DNA of 64,000 bases from an uncultured Erysipelotrichaceae bacterium (lineage in GTDB: Bacteria > Bacillota_I > Bacilli_A > RF39 > UBA660): positions 8,437 to 72,436 of the forward strand of contig CADBGE010000001.1 in NCBI GenBank assembly GCA_902794075.1, given 5' to 3'. Below, piece after piece: positions 10,658 through 20,056 of the stretch (position 1 is its first letter; the number at the start of each line of letters is the position of its first letter). Under the pieces are notes generated by a model. That model had not been told where the DNA came from, made no database searches, and saw nothing but the letters and a program-made list of their open reading frames with translations. Made by a program: the position numbers and the translations under genes.

Positions 10658-11026
10658 ATGAAAACACTACCACAATTTATTTCACATGTGAAAACACTTC
10701 ATTCTTTGAATGAATTTATAAATGAAAAATTAATAATCAACAAAGATTATAATTATACTAAGAAAAAACAGTATTTTTCAAAAGATGATGAATGGACTAA
10801 TAAATGTTTTGATGCATTAAAATCACATTATAGTTCATCATATACTGTTGAATTGTCATCTAGTGGTGAATCAATATGTTTTTATAAAAAAGGCAAAAAG
10901 CCATCACTTAAAAATTTAGTTTGTGCAGTGTATGGCAATGTATTAGATTTAATTAGTTTTGGCCCAAATGAAAATTTAAAAGATTCATTAGGCAAGCAAA
11001 TAATTGAAATTATAGAAGAAGTATAA
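10658..11026 (+). CDS. candidate capsid-targeted internal protein
   Basis: N-terminus MKTLPQFISH...LNEFINEKLIINKDY resembles the T4 capsid targeting sequence MKTYQEFIAE and carries I-x-E sites (INE). It shares the NEKL[IV]INK[DN]Y motif with ORF 49747..50541. Confidence 0.35.
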   Translation: MKTLPQFISHVKTLHSLNEFINEKLIINKDYNYTKKKQYFSKDDEWTNKCFDALKSHYSSSYTVELSSSGESICFYKKGKKPSLKNLVCAVYGNVLDLISFGPNENLKDSLGKQIIEIIEEV

Positions 11027-11049
11027 AATTATATGGTTATTATATATAA

Positions 11050-11430
11050 ATGAAAAGTTTAATTGATTTTATTAAGGAAAGTTTATTGGCTGAACAAATA
11101 AATGAAAGCTCAATAACATTTAATTTTGACGGAATGGATGACGCTGATGAAGTTATTAAGAAGTTTGATTCATTTAATAGTGCTTCAGTTGATGATAAGA
11201 AGGTTGAAGTTGTTGCTGATTCTAATCTTGAAGAACTTAAGAAGATATATGATATACTTAAGGAATATTCAAATAAGGAAAGAAATAGTCAGCATAGAAG
11301 TTCTGATGAACAATATGCTCAAAAGACAATCAAGTTTGCAGATAAGGTTGATGAACTTGCTGAAATGATTGAAAAGATTGAGAAACCGGAAGATGAGGAA
11401 TCTGATGACAAAAAGAAAGAGGAGGAATAA
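11050..11430 (+). CDS. candidate capsid-targeted internal protein, acidic
   Basis: N-terminus MKSLIDFIKESLLAEQINE resembles the T4 CTS, with IKE/LAE/INE candidate gp21-type cleavage sites. The C-terminus is very acidic. Confidence 0.35.
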   Translation: MKSLIDFIKESLLAEQINESSITFNFDGMDDADEVIKKFDSFNSASVDDKKVEVVADSNLEELKKIYDILKEYSNKERNSQHRSSDEQYAQKTIKFADKVDELAEMIEKIEKPEDEESDDKKKEEE

Positions 11431-11452
11431 TTAATTTTTTACATATAAAAAC

Positions 11453-11478
11453 AAAAAGGAGCATATGCTCCTTTTTTT
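11453..11478. terminator. bidirectional rho-independent terminator
   Basis: aaaaa-ggagcatatgctcc-ttttttt between convergent genes. The GC-containing palindromic stem is flanked by an A-run and a T-run. Confidence 0.6.
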
Positions 11479-13441
11479 ATTTTCTATCTCGTGCCTTATA
11501 TTGTTTTTTGAATATTTCGGCCATCTTTAATGCAATTTTTCTTAAATTTGTCTTATCATCAATTGTTACCCAACAGCCTTCTCCATATAGTTTATTATTT
11601 GTTTCAATGTGGTCTGGAGTTAAATGATTTTTTGAAATTTGACTGACACACATCAAAGTCAATGCAACATCTCCATAATCATTTTTAATAGAAGTCATAC
11701 TTTCAGTCAACGATAAGTATAATGAATCAGTAATGTTGACCATGATTATAGGCAATTGTGTATTTGCACGCACCTCAGACAAAATTTTTTTAATTGATGC
11801 TGCATCATTTTGACCACCCTGCAATTGACGATTTCCTAACACATATTTGTTTGTGTTTCTTTTAGGAAATATATAACGATTGATATTGTCACCATGTCCA
11901 TAAATATATATTTCAAGTTCTTTATAGTCCTTCATTGCCTCATAGAACAGAACTGCAAGACGAGATGAAATACCGTATGGTGAATCTTTCTTCATACGAA
12001 TATTACCGCCAATATAATCTCCGAACATACTTCCTGATTCATCAAGGTTAAGAACAAGTGCATATTTTGGTTTTTTCTTGTTGACAGTTTTTTGTAACTT
12101 AGTGTTGACAAAATTTCCGCCTTGAAGAGCATTTATAATTTGATTGGGATCAAGTTGTCCTGACCGCTGATAATCAATTTTCTTATATTCTTCATCAGAC
12201 CCCGTAGGAACAATTATTTTTTGGAAATCCTTTATATATTGTTTAATATCTCCATATAATTTATTATATAACATTGAATTTGAGGTTTTCCATTCTTTAA
12301 TGTTCTCGTTGACGCCGTATCCACCATTCCATCCAAATTTGCCTGTTCCCATTGCGTCTTCATAAGTAAGTTCTTTATAAATTTCCTGTTCCTGCGTTTC
12401 ATTGATAGTTTCAGAAACAGAATCAATATTTATTGGAGAGGCGGGGTCTATAAGTGAATTGGATAGTGCCTTTTTTGCATCAGCCATTGTTGGAGTTTTG
12501 TTTGATGATTTTTTACCATCAGATCCACCATCATTAGATTCAGTTTCATCTTCTGATTTATTTCCGCCATTGGATCCCGAAGAGTCACCGCCTAAATCAT
12601 CACTTAATAATTCATCAATTGATGTACCTGCGCCATTTTCATCAATGTTCAATAAATTATATATTGCAATTGCTGCAGATATTGTGTCACGAGTGCAACG
12701 AACATTTTCAGACCGTTTAAGAATTCCCTTAAAGTCAAGAATGTTCCTAATCTTTTCAAACAATTCAGAATGTTGTTCAAGAACTTCCTCAGGAACAATT
12801 TTCAATTTATCGGGATAACGGACGGTTATAAGCAATAAATTGAAGATATCCTGAAGGTCATCAACACTCCAGTTAAAATTCTTTTTCTTTAACTGCTTTT
12901 TGAACAGTTCAATTTTAACGGCTTTGATGAAATTAGAATATCCAGGGAAACTTAATCCAATATTTCTTTCAATACACTCATCCTCAAGAATATTGTGTAT
13001 TGAATGAATAATCTCATTTAACAGATTACGATTCTTTTTACAGTACTCAAAATCAGTATACTTACAATGGCATGCCTCATGAATAAGAAGACCAATCAAT
13101 ACATCAAACTTTGAATAAACTTGATTGATGTTTAATTTTTTATTAGGAAGGAATTTACTATCAATAACAATACTGTTTCCATCAGTATATGCAGTTTCAG
13201 CATTTTTTGAGAAACGAATGCTTGCTCCAACATCCATTGCGTCAAGGATTTTATAAAATTCCTCACAGATAAGTTCATTGTCATCAATTAGTCGACGCAA
13301 ATAGTTTTCATCAAAGAGAAATTCAGAATAATTAGATAGTTCGTTATCCCAGCCAATTCTTTTTGAATCATCAGCAGAAATGGCATCAATGGTACGACCG
13401 TCAAACCAATCTTTTTTGAAAATTTCAGGAATCATAATCAA
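11477..13441 (-). CDS. vWA-domain protein (CobT-like) with HExxH-like N-terminal region
   Basis: The C-terminal half has a vWA MIDAS motif (LVLNLDESGSM). The N-terminal region contains LLIHEACHC, followed by a long Ser/Gly/Asp-rich linker. Divergently paired with an AAA+ ATPase. Confidence 0.6.
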   Translation of the reverse strand: MIMIPEIFKKDWFDGRTIDAISADDSKRIGWDNELSNYSEFLFDENYLRRLIDDNELICEEFYKILDAMDVGASIRFSKNAETAYTDGNSIVIDSKFLPNKKLNINQVYSKFDVLIGLLIHEACHCKYTDFEYCKKNRNLLNEIIHSIHNILEDECIERNIGLSFPGYSNFIKAVKIELFKKQLKKKNFNWSVDDLQDIFNLLLITVRYPDKLKIVPEEVLEQHSELFEKIRNILDFKGILKRSENVRCTRDTISAAIAIYNLLNIDENGAGTSIDELLSDDLGGDSSGSNGGNKSEDETESNDGGSDGKKSSNKTPTMADAKKALSNSLIDPASPINIDSVSETINETQEQEIYKELTYEDAMGTGKFGWNGGYGVNENIKEWKTSNSMLYNKLYGDIKQYIKDFQKIIVPTGSDEEYKKIDYQRSGQLDPNQIINALQGGNFVNTKLQKTVNKKKPKYALVLNLDESGSMFGDYIGGNIRMKKDSPYGISSRLAVLFYEAMKDYKELEIYIYGHGDNINRYIFPKRNTNKYVLGNRQLQGGQNDAASIKKILSEVRANTQLPIIMVNITDSLYLSLTESMTSIKNDYGDVALTLMCVSQISKNHLTPDHIETNNKLYGEGCWVTIDDKTNLRKIALKMAEIFKKQYKARDRK

Positions 13442-13560
13442 TATTTTATTACGATTATAAAATATAAATTAATTATGAAAAATTCAATATATTTTTTAGA
13501 AAGTCTTTTGAATTTTTGACACATCTTTAATATTTTATTGTTGTTAAAAAAATATTTATT

Positions 13561-14790
13561 ATGAAGATTTATATAAACATCAAAAACGGCAAATTCCGTC
13601 CAATGTTTGGTCAGTCTGAACACCTCGATAAAAATTGGGATGAAGAATTAAATGAGAAAATGTTAAACGAAAAGTCTCGCAAACTTATCAGGGGTCTTCG
13701 TAATGATATGTATGTATCTGAGAACTTTTCATTTGACCCCGCCACACTTGTATTTAACTTTGAAGAAATTCATCCATTTGCTGAGGAGGACTTTGATGAG
13801 TTTAACGAATATAAATTTGATGACACTATAGAATATAAGGCTGTTAGAAATGATTCCGAATCAAAGGATGAAGACATCAACAAGACAAGTTCACACATTG
13901 AAACTAAGCAAACAAAAAAATCTGAACATGTTAAAATTAAATATGATCCCGGAGTTTCTTTGTTAAAAACAATTAAAAATAAGTATTCTTGTCCTGACAT
14001 TGAGGATGGTTTTTATGTTCAGGAGAAAACATGGAATTATCTTGTTCGTAACATTATTAAGAAAAAGAATACACTTTTGCTTGGACCTACAGGAACAGGA
14101 AAAACTGACATTATTATCCGTATTGCAAAGCAGTTAAATATGGAACTTAACATATATGACATGGGCGCAATGATTGACCCATTGACTGATTTGCTTGGAA
14201 CTCATCGTATTAAGAATGGAAATTCCGTATTTGATTATGCAAAGTTTGTTGCTGATGTTCAGAAACCAGGGATCATTTTGCTTGATGAGTTGAGTCGTGC
14301 ACCACTTATGACAAACAATATTCTGTTTCCTTGTCTTGATCATCGTCGTACATTAAACATTGAGATTGCAGGATCAACTGATATTCGTGCGGTTAAGGTT
14401 CATCCTGATTGTGTATTCATCGCAACTGCAAATATTGGGCAGGAATATTCAGGAACAAACGATATTGATGCTGCACTTATGAACCGTTTCAATGCTTTGC
14501 AAGTTGATTATCTTCCTCAGGACATAGAGGCGAAGATTTTAAATGTTCGTACAAGTATTGATTCTGAAAAGGCAAATAAAATATTGAATGTCGCAAATGC
14601 AATTCGTAATTCATATATGAAACAAATTGTTTCTAAACCCATCTCAACACGTGAAACACTTGAATGTGCTGAACTTGTCGTTGATGGATTTTCAATAAAG
14701 GATGCAGTTAATTTAATATTTTGCCAAAAATATTCTAAGACCGACAATGATGAATATGATATCATTAAAAAGTTGATTATGGGATTTTGA
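13561..14790 (+). CDS. AAA+ ATPase, MoxR/CobS-like (AAA_5 type)
   Basis: Walker A LLLGPTGTGKTD and Walker B GIILLDELSRAP followed by NNILFPCLDHRR, typical of MoxR/CobS/dynein-related AAA. About 150 aa of N-terminal extension. Confidence 0.7.
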   Translation: MKIYINIKNGKFRPMFGQSEHLDKNWDEELNEKMLNEKSRKLIRGLRNDMYVSENFSFDPATLVFNFEEIHPFAEEDFDEFNEYKFDDTIEYKAVRNDSESKDEDINKTSSHIETKQTKKSEHVKIKYDPGVSLLKTIKNKYSCPDIEDGFYVQEKTWNYLVRNIIKKKNTLLLGPTGTGKTDIIIRIAKQLNMELNIYDMGAMIDPLTDLLGTHRIKNGNSVFDYAKFVADVQKPGIILLDELSRAPLMTNNILFPCLDHRRTLNIEIAGSTDIRAVKVHPDCVFIATANIGQEYSGTNDIDAALMNRFNALQVDYLPQDIEAKILNVRTSIDSEKANKILNVANAIRNSYMKQIVSKPISTRETLECAELVVDGFSIKDAVNLIFCQKYSKTDNDEYDIIKKLIMGF

Positions 14791-14837
14791 GTTTTCATAA
14801 TGTTTCCATAATTTACATAATAAATATTTTTTAACAT

Positions 14838-14875
14838 TTGGGCAGGGGTTTTATAATTCCTGTCCAATACTTTTA
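14838..14875 (+). terminator. rho-independent terminator candidate
   Basis: ttgggcagg (14838..14846) pairs with cctgtccaa (14859..14867): 9 bp with one G-T wobble, followed by T-rich sequence. Confidence 0.45.
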
Positions 14876-14913
14876 TATATTATAATTAAAATTAACATTT
14901 TTAAAATAAGATT

Positions 14914-16254
14914 ATGAATAAGATAGAAGAAATTTTAAATGATTACAAGAATGAACAGTTAACTTATATTGATAGAGAAGGAGAACATAAAATCAATATT
15001 AAGGAGTTTATTAAGACAGGTGTAGACAATGTACTTCAAAAACTTAATCGTACTGAACAAGTATTACTAAAGGTGGCAAACGCTAATCCTGAAAAACTTA
15101 AATGGGTTAATGACTATGCAATGATGAAAGTCGTCAATGAACTATATGAAAGAGTTGATGATTTAAGTGCAGGTCTTATTGAGAAAGACACAGAGATTGA
15201 ACGATTGAATAATGAAGCCACTGCATCAAGAGTAGCGTTTGAGACTGAAGACGGTATACCCAAAGAACAGGCTGAAAAACTACTTGAGCAGATTGCTGAG
15301 CTTGAAGCTGATGAACAAATCCTTCAGGAAAAACTTAATGTTGAAATTGTTGAACATGATGAACTAAAAAAGAAATATGAAGAACTAAATGAAAGATTCA
15401 ACAAATCAGTCGAGGCATATAAAGAATTAAAAAATGAACGTGACAATATTAGTGCTAAACTTGTTGCAAGTTCTTCTGAGAGTGAACAGCAATATAGTGA
15501 ACTTGTAAAGAAATATGATGAATTGAATAACAAATATGAATCATTAGAATCTGAGACTGCTGTTGTTATTGACCGTCATAATGAAGCAATGAAACAGGAT
15601 ACGTATGAGATTGAGTCGTTAAAGACAAGACTTGAAAATGCTGGAGAAGAGAATCTGAAGCTTAATGATATGATTAAGGAACTTCAGCAGATGAAAACTG
15701 ATCTCGAGCAAGAACTTAATGGGTATGCGGCGGACTTTGAGAAAGCATCTGCTCGCTGTCAGGAAATTGATTCTCGTAATGAGGAACTAAATGCTGAATA
15801 TGAAAAACAAAAAGATCTGATTGAAAAACTTGAAGAACAATATAACAACACTTGTGAAGAACTCAATAACCTTAAGGAAAGCTTTGGTGAGGCAACAGGC
15901 AAGATTCGAGAACTTGACTCAACAAATGTCGAACTTCAGAACAAGGTCAATGAACAAGATAATTTGATTAATGGTCTTAATGAAACTATTGATAATGTAA
16001 CAAATGAAAAGACTGAACTACAAAATTCATTGGAAGAAAAGGTAAAGGAAAATGCTCTATATGCAGCAAAAGTTCGTAATTCAGAAAACGATATCATTAA
16101 ACTAAAAAGATTTGAGAACGCCATAAACGAATTCCTTGATAACATTGGTTGGAACAAATCAGATAATAATTCAAACAATAATCAAGAAACACACGACACT
16201 GCAATGCATCGTATGGGTGATAATCAAGTTGTAGACTTTAACATTGGAATGTAA
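14914..16254 (+). CDS. long coiled-coil protein (Glu/Lys/Leu/Asn-rich)
   Basis: 446-aa ORF dominated by heptad-like E/K/L repeats; TAAGATTATG start context (14907..14916). Function unknown (scaffold or structural-maintenance type cannot be decided). Confidence 0.4.
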   Translation: MNKIEEILNDYKNEQLTYIDREGEHKINIKEFIKTGVDNVLQKLNRTEQVLLKVANANPEKLKWVNDYAMMKVVNELYERVDDLSAGLIEKDTEIERLNNEATASRVAFETEDGIPKEQAEKLLEQIAELEADEQILQEKLNVEIVEHDELKKKYEELNERFNKSVEAYKELKNERDNISAKLVASSSESEQQYSELVKKYDELNNKYESLESETAVVIDRHNEAMKQDTYEIESLKTRLENAGEENLKLNDMIKELQQMKTDLEQELNGYAADFEKASARCQEIDSRNEELNAEYEKQKDLIEKLEEQYNNTCEELNNLKESFGEATGKIRELDSTNVELQNKVNEQDNLINGLNETIDNVTNEKTELQNSLEEKVKENALYAAKVRNSENDIIKLKRFENAINEFLDNIGWNKSDNNSNNNQETHDTAMHRMGDNQVVDFNIGM

Positions 16255-16256
16255 TC

Positions 16257-16685
16257 ATGGGCAATTTAATTATAAATAAATTCATAAAATCAGAAAATAT
16301 TCCTAAGTTCATTAGAATTACAAATGATGTCATTATAAATACAGATAGTATAATGACTATTGAACGACAATGGGAAAATTCCAATACTTATGATGAATTT
16401 GTTTCCCATTATAATGAACTTATGAAAAGTACTACGGAGGAATACATTAAAAAACACCCAGAGATTTTGGTCAATAATGAGGATGAGGCTGAAATTGCTG
16501 ACATAATGTTCAAAAAATTTGACAATATAATTAGAAACCAAATTAAAAAGGATTGGGGCTATATACCTGAACCATGGGATACAAAATATATAATAAAATT
16601 ATTCAGTGGTATTGAATATACTATTTCTGATGAAATATATTATCAAATATTAAAAGTTATTGGGATAGAACCTACAGAAAATTAA
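16257..16685 (+). CDS. hypothetical protein
   Basis: 142-aa ORF starting 2 nt after the upstream stop. Confidence 0.3.
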   Translation: MGNLIINKFIKSENIPKFIRITNDVIINTDSIMTIERQWENSNTYDEFVSHYNELMKSTTEEYIKKHPEILVNNEDEAEIADIMFKKFDNIIRNQIKKDWGYIPEPWDTKYIIKLFSGIEYTISDEIYYQILKVIGIEPTEN

Positions 16686-16689
16686 GAAT

Positions 16690-18231
16690 ATGATATTAGA
16701 TAGAAGTTGGAATAAGAAAGACAGGAAATTAGTTATTAGTTATATTGATAAAATGGGCAATCGTCAGTTTTATCAAAAATATTTTCATCATATTAAGACA
16801 TACGAATATGATGATAACGGTGAGTTTGAGACTTGGAATGGAAAACGATGCAATAAAGTATTTAAAGATAGTTCAACATATCAGCCGAACATTTTTGACA
16901 TATTGGAATTTATGTATGAACTTCCGAAGGATCTTAATGAAACAATGCATAAACAATATTTTCCAAAGTGTTATGCATGGGATATTGAGACCGAGGTATC
17001 TGATGAATTTCCTGATCCTGCAATAGCAAAACAAAAAGTAACATCTATATCATTAGTGGGCCCAGACTTAAGTTGTATTGTGTATGGGCTTCATGATATG
17101 ACTATTGAACAAAGAAATCTTTTTAAGAAACGTTATCTTGAATGGATAGACAACAATGAGTTTGCATCGTTCATGAAAAAGTCTGAGCCAAAAGTGTTAT
17201 ATAAATATTTTGATACTGAGGAGAAGATGATTGAACATTTTTTCATCAACATTGTATCAAAGGTTCCTGTATTGATTGGTTGGAATGCATATAACTTTGA
17301 CTGGCAATATATGGTCAATCGTGCAATAAACTTATTTGGACGAAATACTACATATAATATGATTCGTAAGGCTTCTCCGACAGGTGAACTTGGGAACATT
17401 TCATACAAGGATATGAACAACTTAACGTATCGTCTTCCGACTCCGAAGCATTCTGTTATCATTGACTATATGAAGATTGTTGAGTCATATGATTATTCAT
17501 TAAGACCGTACGAATCATATTCATTGGACTGGGTATCATCAAAGGCAATAAATGCTCATAAGATTAAGTATCAAGGAACACTGCAGGATTTGTATGAAAA
17601 GGATCATGAATGGTATTATTACTATAATGCAATTGATAGTCTACTTGTGATGCTTATTCATTATAAACTTAAGTCACTTGAAAGTCCTTGTGCTGTATCT
17701 TCATTAACACTTATTCCACTTCTTGATGCTCAACAGCAGACTCAACTTACTACTGCAAATGTGTTTGAGATTTTTTATGAAGACAATAAAAAGGTCGTAT
17801 ATAATCCTGATGAGATTGAACGAATAAAGGTTGCATATAAAGGAGCATTTGTTGGCTGTGTTCCAGGACGATACGAATATACTGTGTGTGATGACTTTGC
17901 ATCGCTTTACCCTTCACAAATCATCACTTGTAATTTTTCATTTGAGAACTTTATGCAGAAAAAAGTTCCAAACAATATTGAAGGACTTCCTGATGTAATT
18001 GTTCCGTGGTCTTCAGAAGAACTTGAAGAATTTAAGAAAGATCCTAATTATTTTGTTAGCATTGAAGGAAATGTATATAAAAATGATAAAGATTATGCAT
18101 TTAAGAGAGTAATGCTAAAACTTAAATCAGGTCGAGCAGTATATAAATATGGTGGCCAAAGAATTGATTCAGAATTATTAACTGAAATAGACAGATTAAT
18201 TAGTGAAAAAGAAAAAGTTATCAATTCATAA
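16690..18231 (+). CDS. family B DNA polymerase, N-terminal fragment (3'-5' exonuclease plus polymerase motif A only; T4 gp43-like)
   Basis: ExoI YAWDIETEV; ExoII GWNAYNFDWQYMVNR (T4 gp43: GWNVESFDIPYVYNR); ExoIII YYYNAIDSLL; Pol motif A DFASLYPSQI. The ORF ends about 100 aa later, and motifs B (KxxxNSxYG) and C (YGDTDS) are absent here and from every other ORF in the window. Confidence 0.8.
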   Translation: MILDRSWNKKDRKLVISYIDKMGNRQFYQKYFHHIKTYEYDDNGEFETWNGKRCNKVFKDSSTYQPNIFDILEFMYELPKDLNETMHKQYFPKCYAWDIETEVSDEFPDPAIAKQKVTSISLVGPDLSCIVYGLHDMTIEQRNLFKKRYLEWIDNNEFASFMKKSEPKVLYKYFDTEEKMIEHFFINIVSKVPVLIGWNAYNFDWQYMVNRAINLFGRNTTYNMIRKASPTGELGNISYKDMNNLTYRLPTPKHSVIIDYMKIVESYDYSLRPYESYSLDWVSSKAINAHKIKYQGTLQDLYEKDHEWYYYYNAIDSLLVMLIHYKLKSLESPCAVSSLTLIPLLDAQQQTQLTTANVFEIFYEDNKKVVYNPDEIERIKVAYKGAFVGCVPGRYEYTVCDDFASLYPSQIITCNFSFENFMQKKVPNNIEGLPDVIVPWSSEELEEFKKDPNYFVSIEGNVYKNDKDYAFKRVMLKLKSGRAVYKYGGQRIDSELLTEIDRLISEKEKVINS

Positions 18232-18279
18232 TATTTTTGATTTTTAATATATAATATAAAATGATATGTATATATTAAT

Positions 18280-20031
18280 ATGAAATTAGGAAATCTTGAA
18301 AGTATATTTACTGATGGAAATAATTTATATGATGCAATAAATGAAAATTTAAAACCTCAAACATATTTAGAAGGTAAAAAACCTAAAAGAATATCTCGTA
18401 TATTGACTACACTATCTCATTATGGAATGAGAATTGATGATAAAGTGTACAAAAATATGCGAGCTGTTCCTGCTGATAAAGCATTACAACCTAAAGATGA
18501 CGCACTACTTCAGACTACACTTTGGGGTGCTGGAGCAAATAATTGGAAAATAAAACCTGAGGAAGAAAAAACTTTTTCAGAAAAATCATTAACACAAAAA
18601 CTTGAGATTCTTCGAAAGATGGCAATGCAGCCTGAACTCGAAGACATTCTTGATATGATGGCTAATGAAAGTATTGTGTATGATGATGATGAATCATATA
18701 TATGTGAACCATTCCTTGACCAAGCTCTTATACAGGATCTTAATGAGAAATCTGCTGAAGAAATTCGCACTTCAATGAACACACAGTTTTATAAATTATA
18801 TGCTCTATTAAGATGGAAACAACAAGCTTGGGATGTTTATAAAAGATATTTAATAGAAGGAGTACTTGCATATCAGATTATATATGACGATGTAGAAAAT
18901 CCAAAAACAATTCTTAACATTATTGATGTAGATCCAAACACACTTACAAAAAGCATAGAAGATGGCGTTGTATATTGGATTCAATTTAAAGATGTCATTG
19001 GAAGAGAACGTAAACTATTGGACGCAGAGATTATATATATAAAATATGAAGATTCTGGTGTAGCACCTCGTCAATCATATCTTGAAAGATTAATTCGTCC
19101 ATTTAATTTATATAGAATTGTTGAACAGGCACAAGTCATTTGGACCGTTACTCAATCATCATTTAAGACAATGTTTACTATACCAGTTGGTGGTATGAAT
19201 AAGGCTAAAGGTGCGCAGACATTAGCTTCAGCAATGAATAGATATAAAGAAGACATTAGTTTCAATGTTGAGACTGGTGAACTTCAAGTAAATGGTAGAG
19301 TTAACATGCCATTTAATAAAGAATATTGGTTACCACAAAATGAGGCAGGAAAACCTGAAATAGAAACTCTTGTAGATAATGGACCACAGCTTAATGATTC
19401 GGACCAAATAAAATACTTTGAATATAAATTATATAAAATGTCAAAAATTCCAGCAACAAGATTTGACAAAGATGCTCAAAGCACATGGTTTGGTAATGAT
19501 CCTACGCAGGCACTTCGTGATGAAATCAACTTCTCAAGATTTGTTAATCGTATGCGAAATACATTCGCGGAAATATTGTTAAAACCTTTACGAATTTCTG
19601 TTGCACTTGCTATGCCTGACATTAAGAACGATAAGCGTATTCTTGATGCAATGTCATTACATTTCAATAGTTATAATTTATTTGAAGAAATGATGAACAT
19701 TGAGATTATGCAGAGACGAATTGACTTCATCGCAACATTTAAAGATAGTCTAACAGAAACAGATGCAGAAGGAAATGAAAAGCCATTCTTCTCACTTAAG
19801 TTCCTCGTAATGCAATATCTAAAGATGACAGATGCTGACTTAGAACTTAATGAAAAATACAAGTTAGAAGCTGAACTTGCAAAGAAGTCCGGTAAAAATG
19901 GTAATGAAGAAAAAGAAGACAAAGAATCTTCTAAAGATGAAGATGAAAGTGAATCAGACGAAACACAAGACATAGATTCAGAGATGTTGGGTGATGTACA
20001 ACCAGAATCTTCAGAAACTGCTCAGGCATAA
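18280..20031 (+). CDS. portal vertex protein (T4 gp20-like)
   Basis: Collinear matches to remembered T4 gp20: [12 protein letters not shown] vs [33 protein letters not shown] vs [41 protein letters not shown] vs [20 protein letters not shown]. Acidic C-terminal tail. Confidence 0.8.
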   Translation: [583 protein letters not shown]

Positions 20032-20056
20032 AATATATATAAAATAATGTACGATT

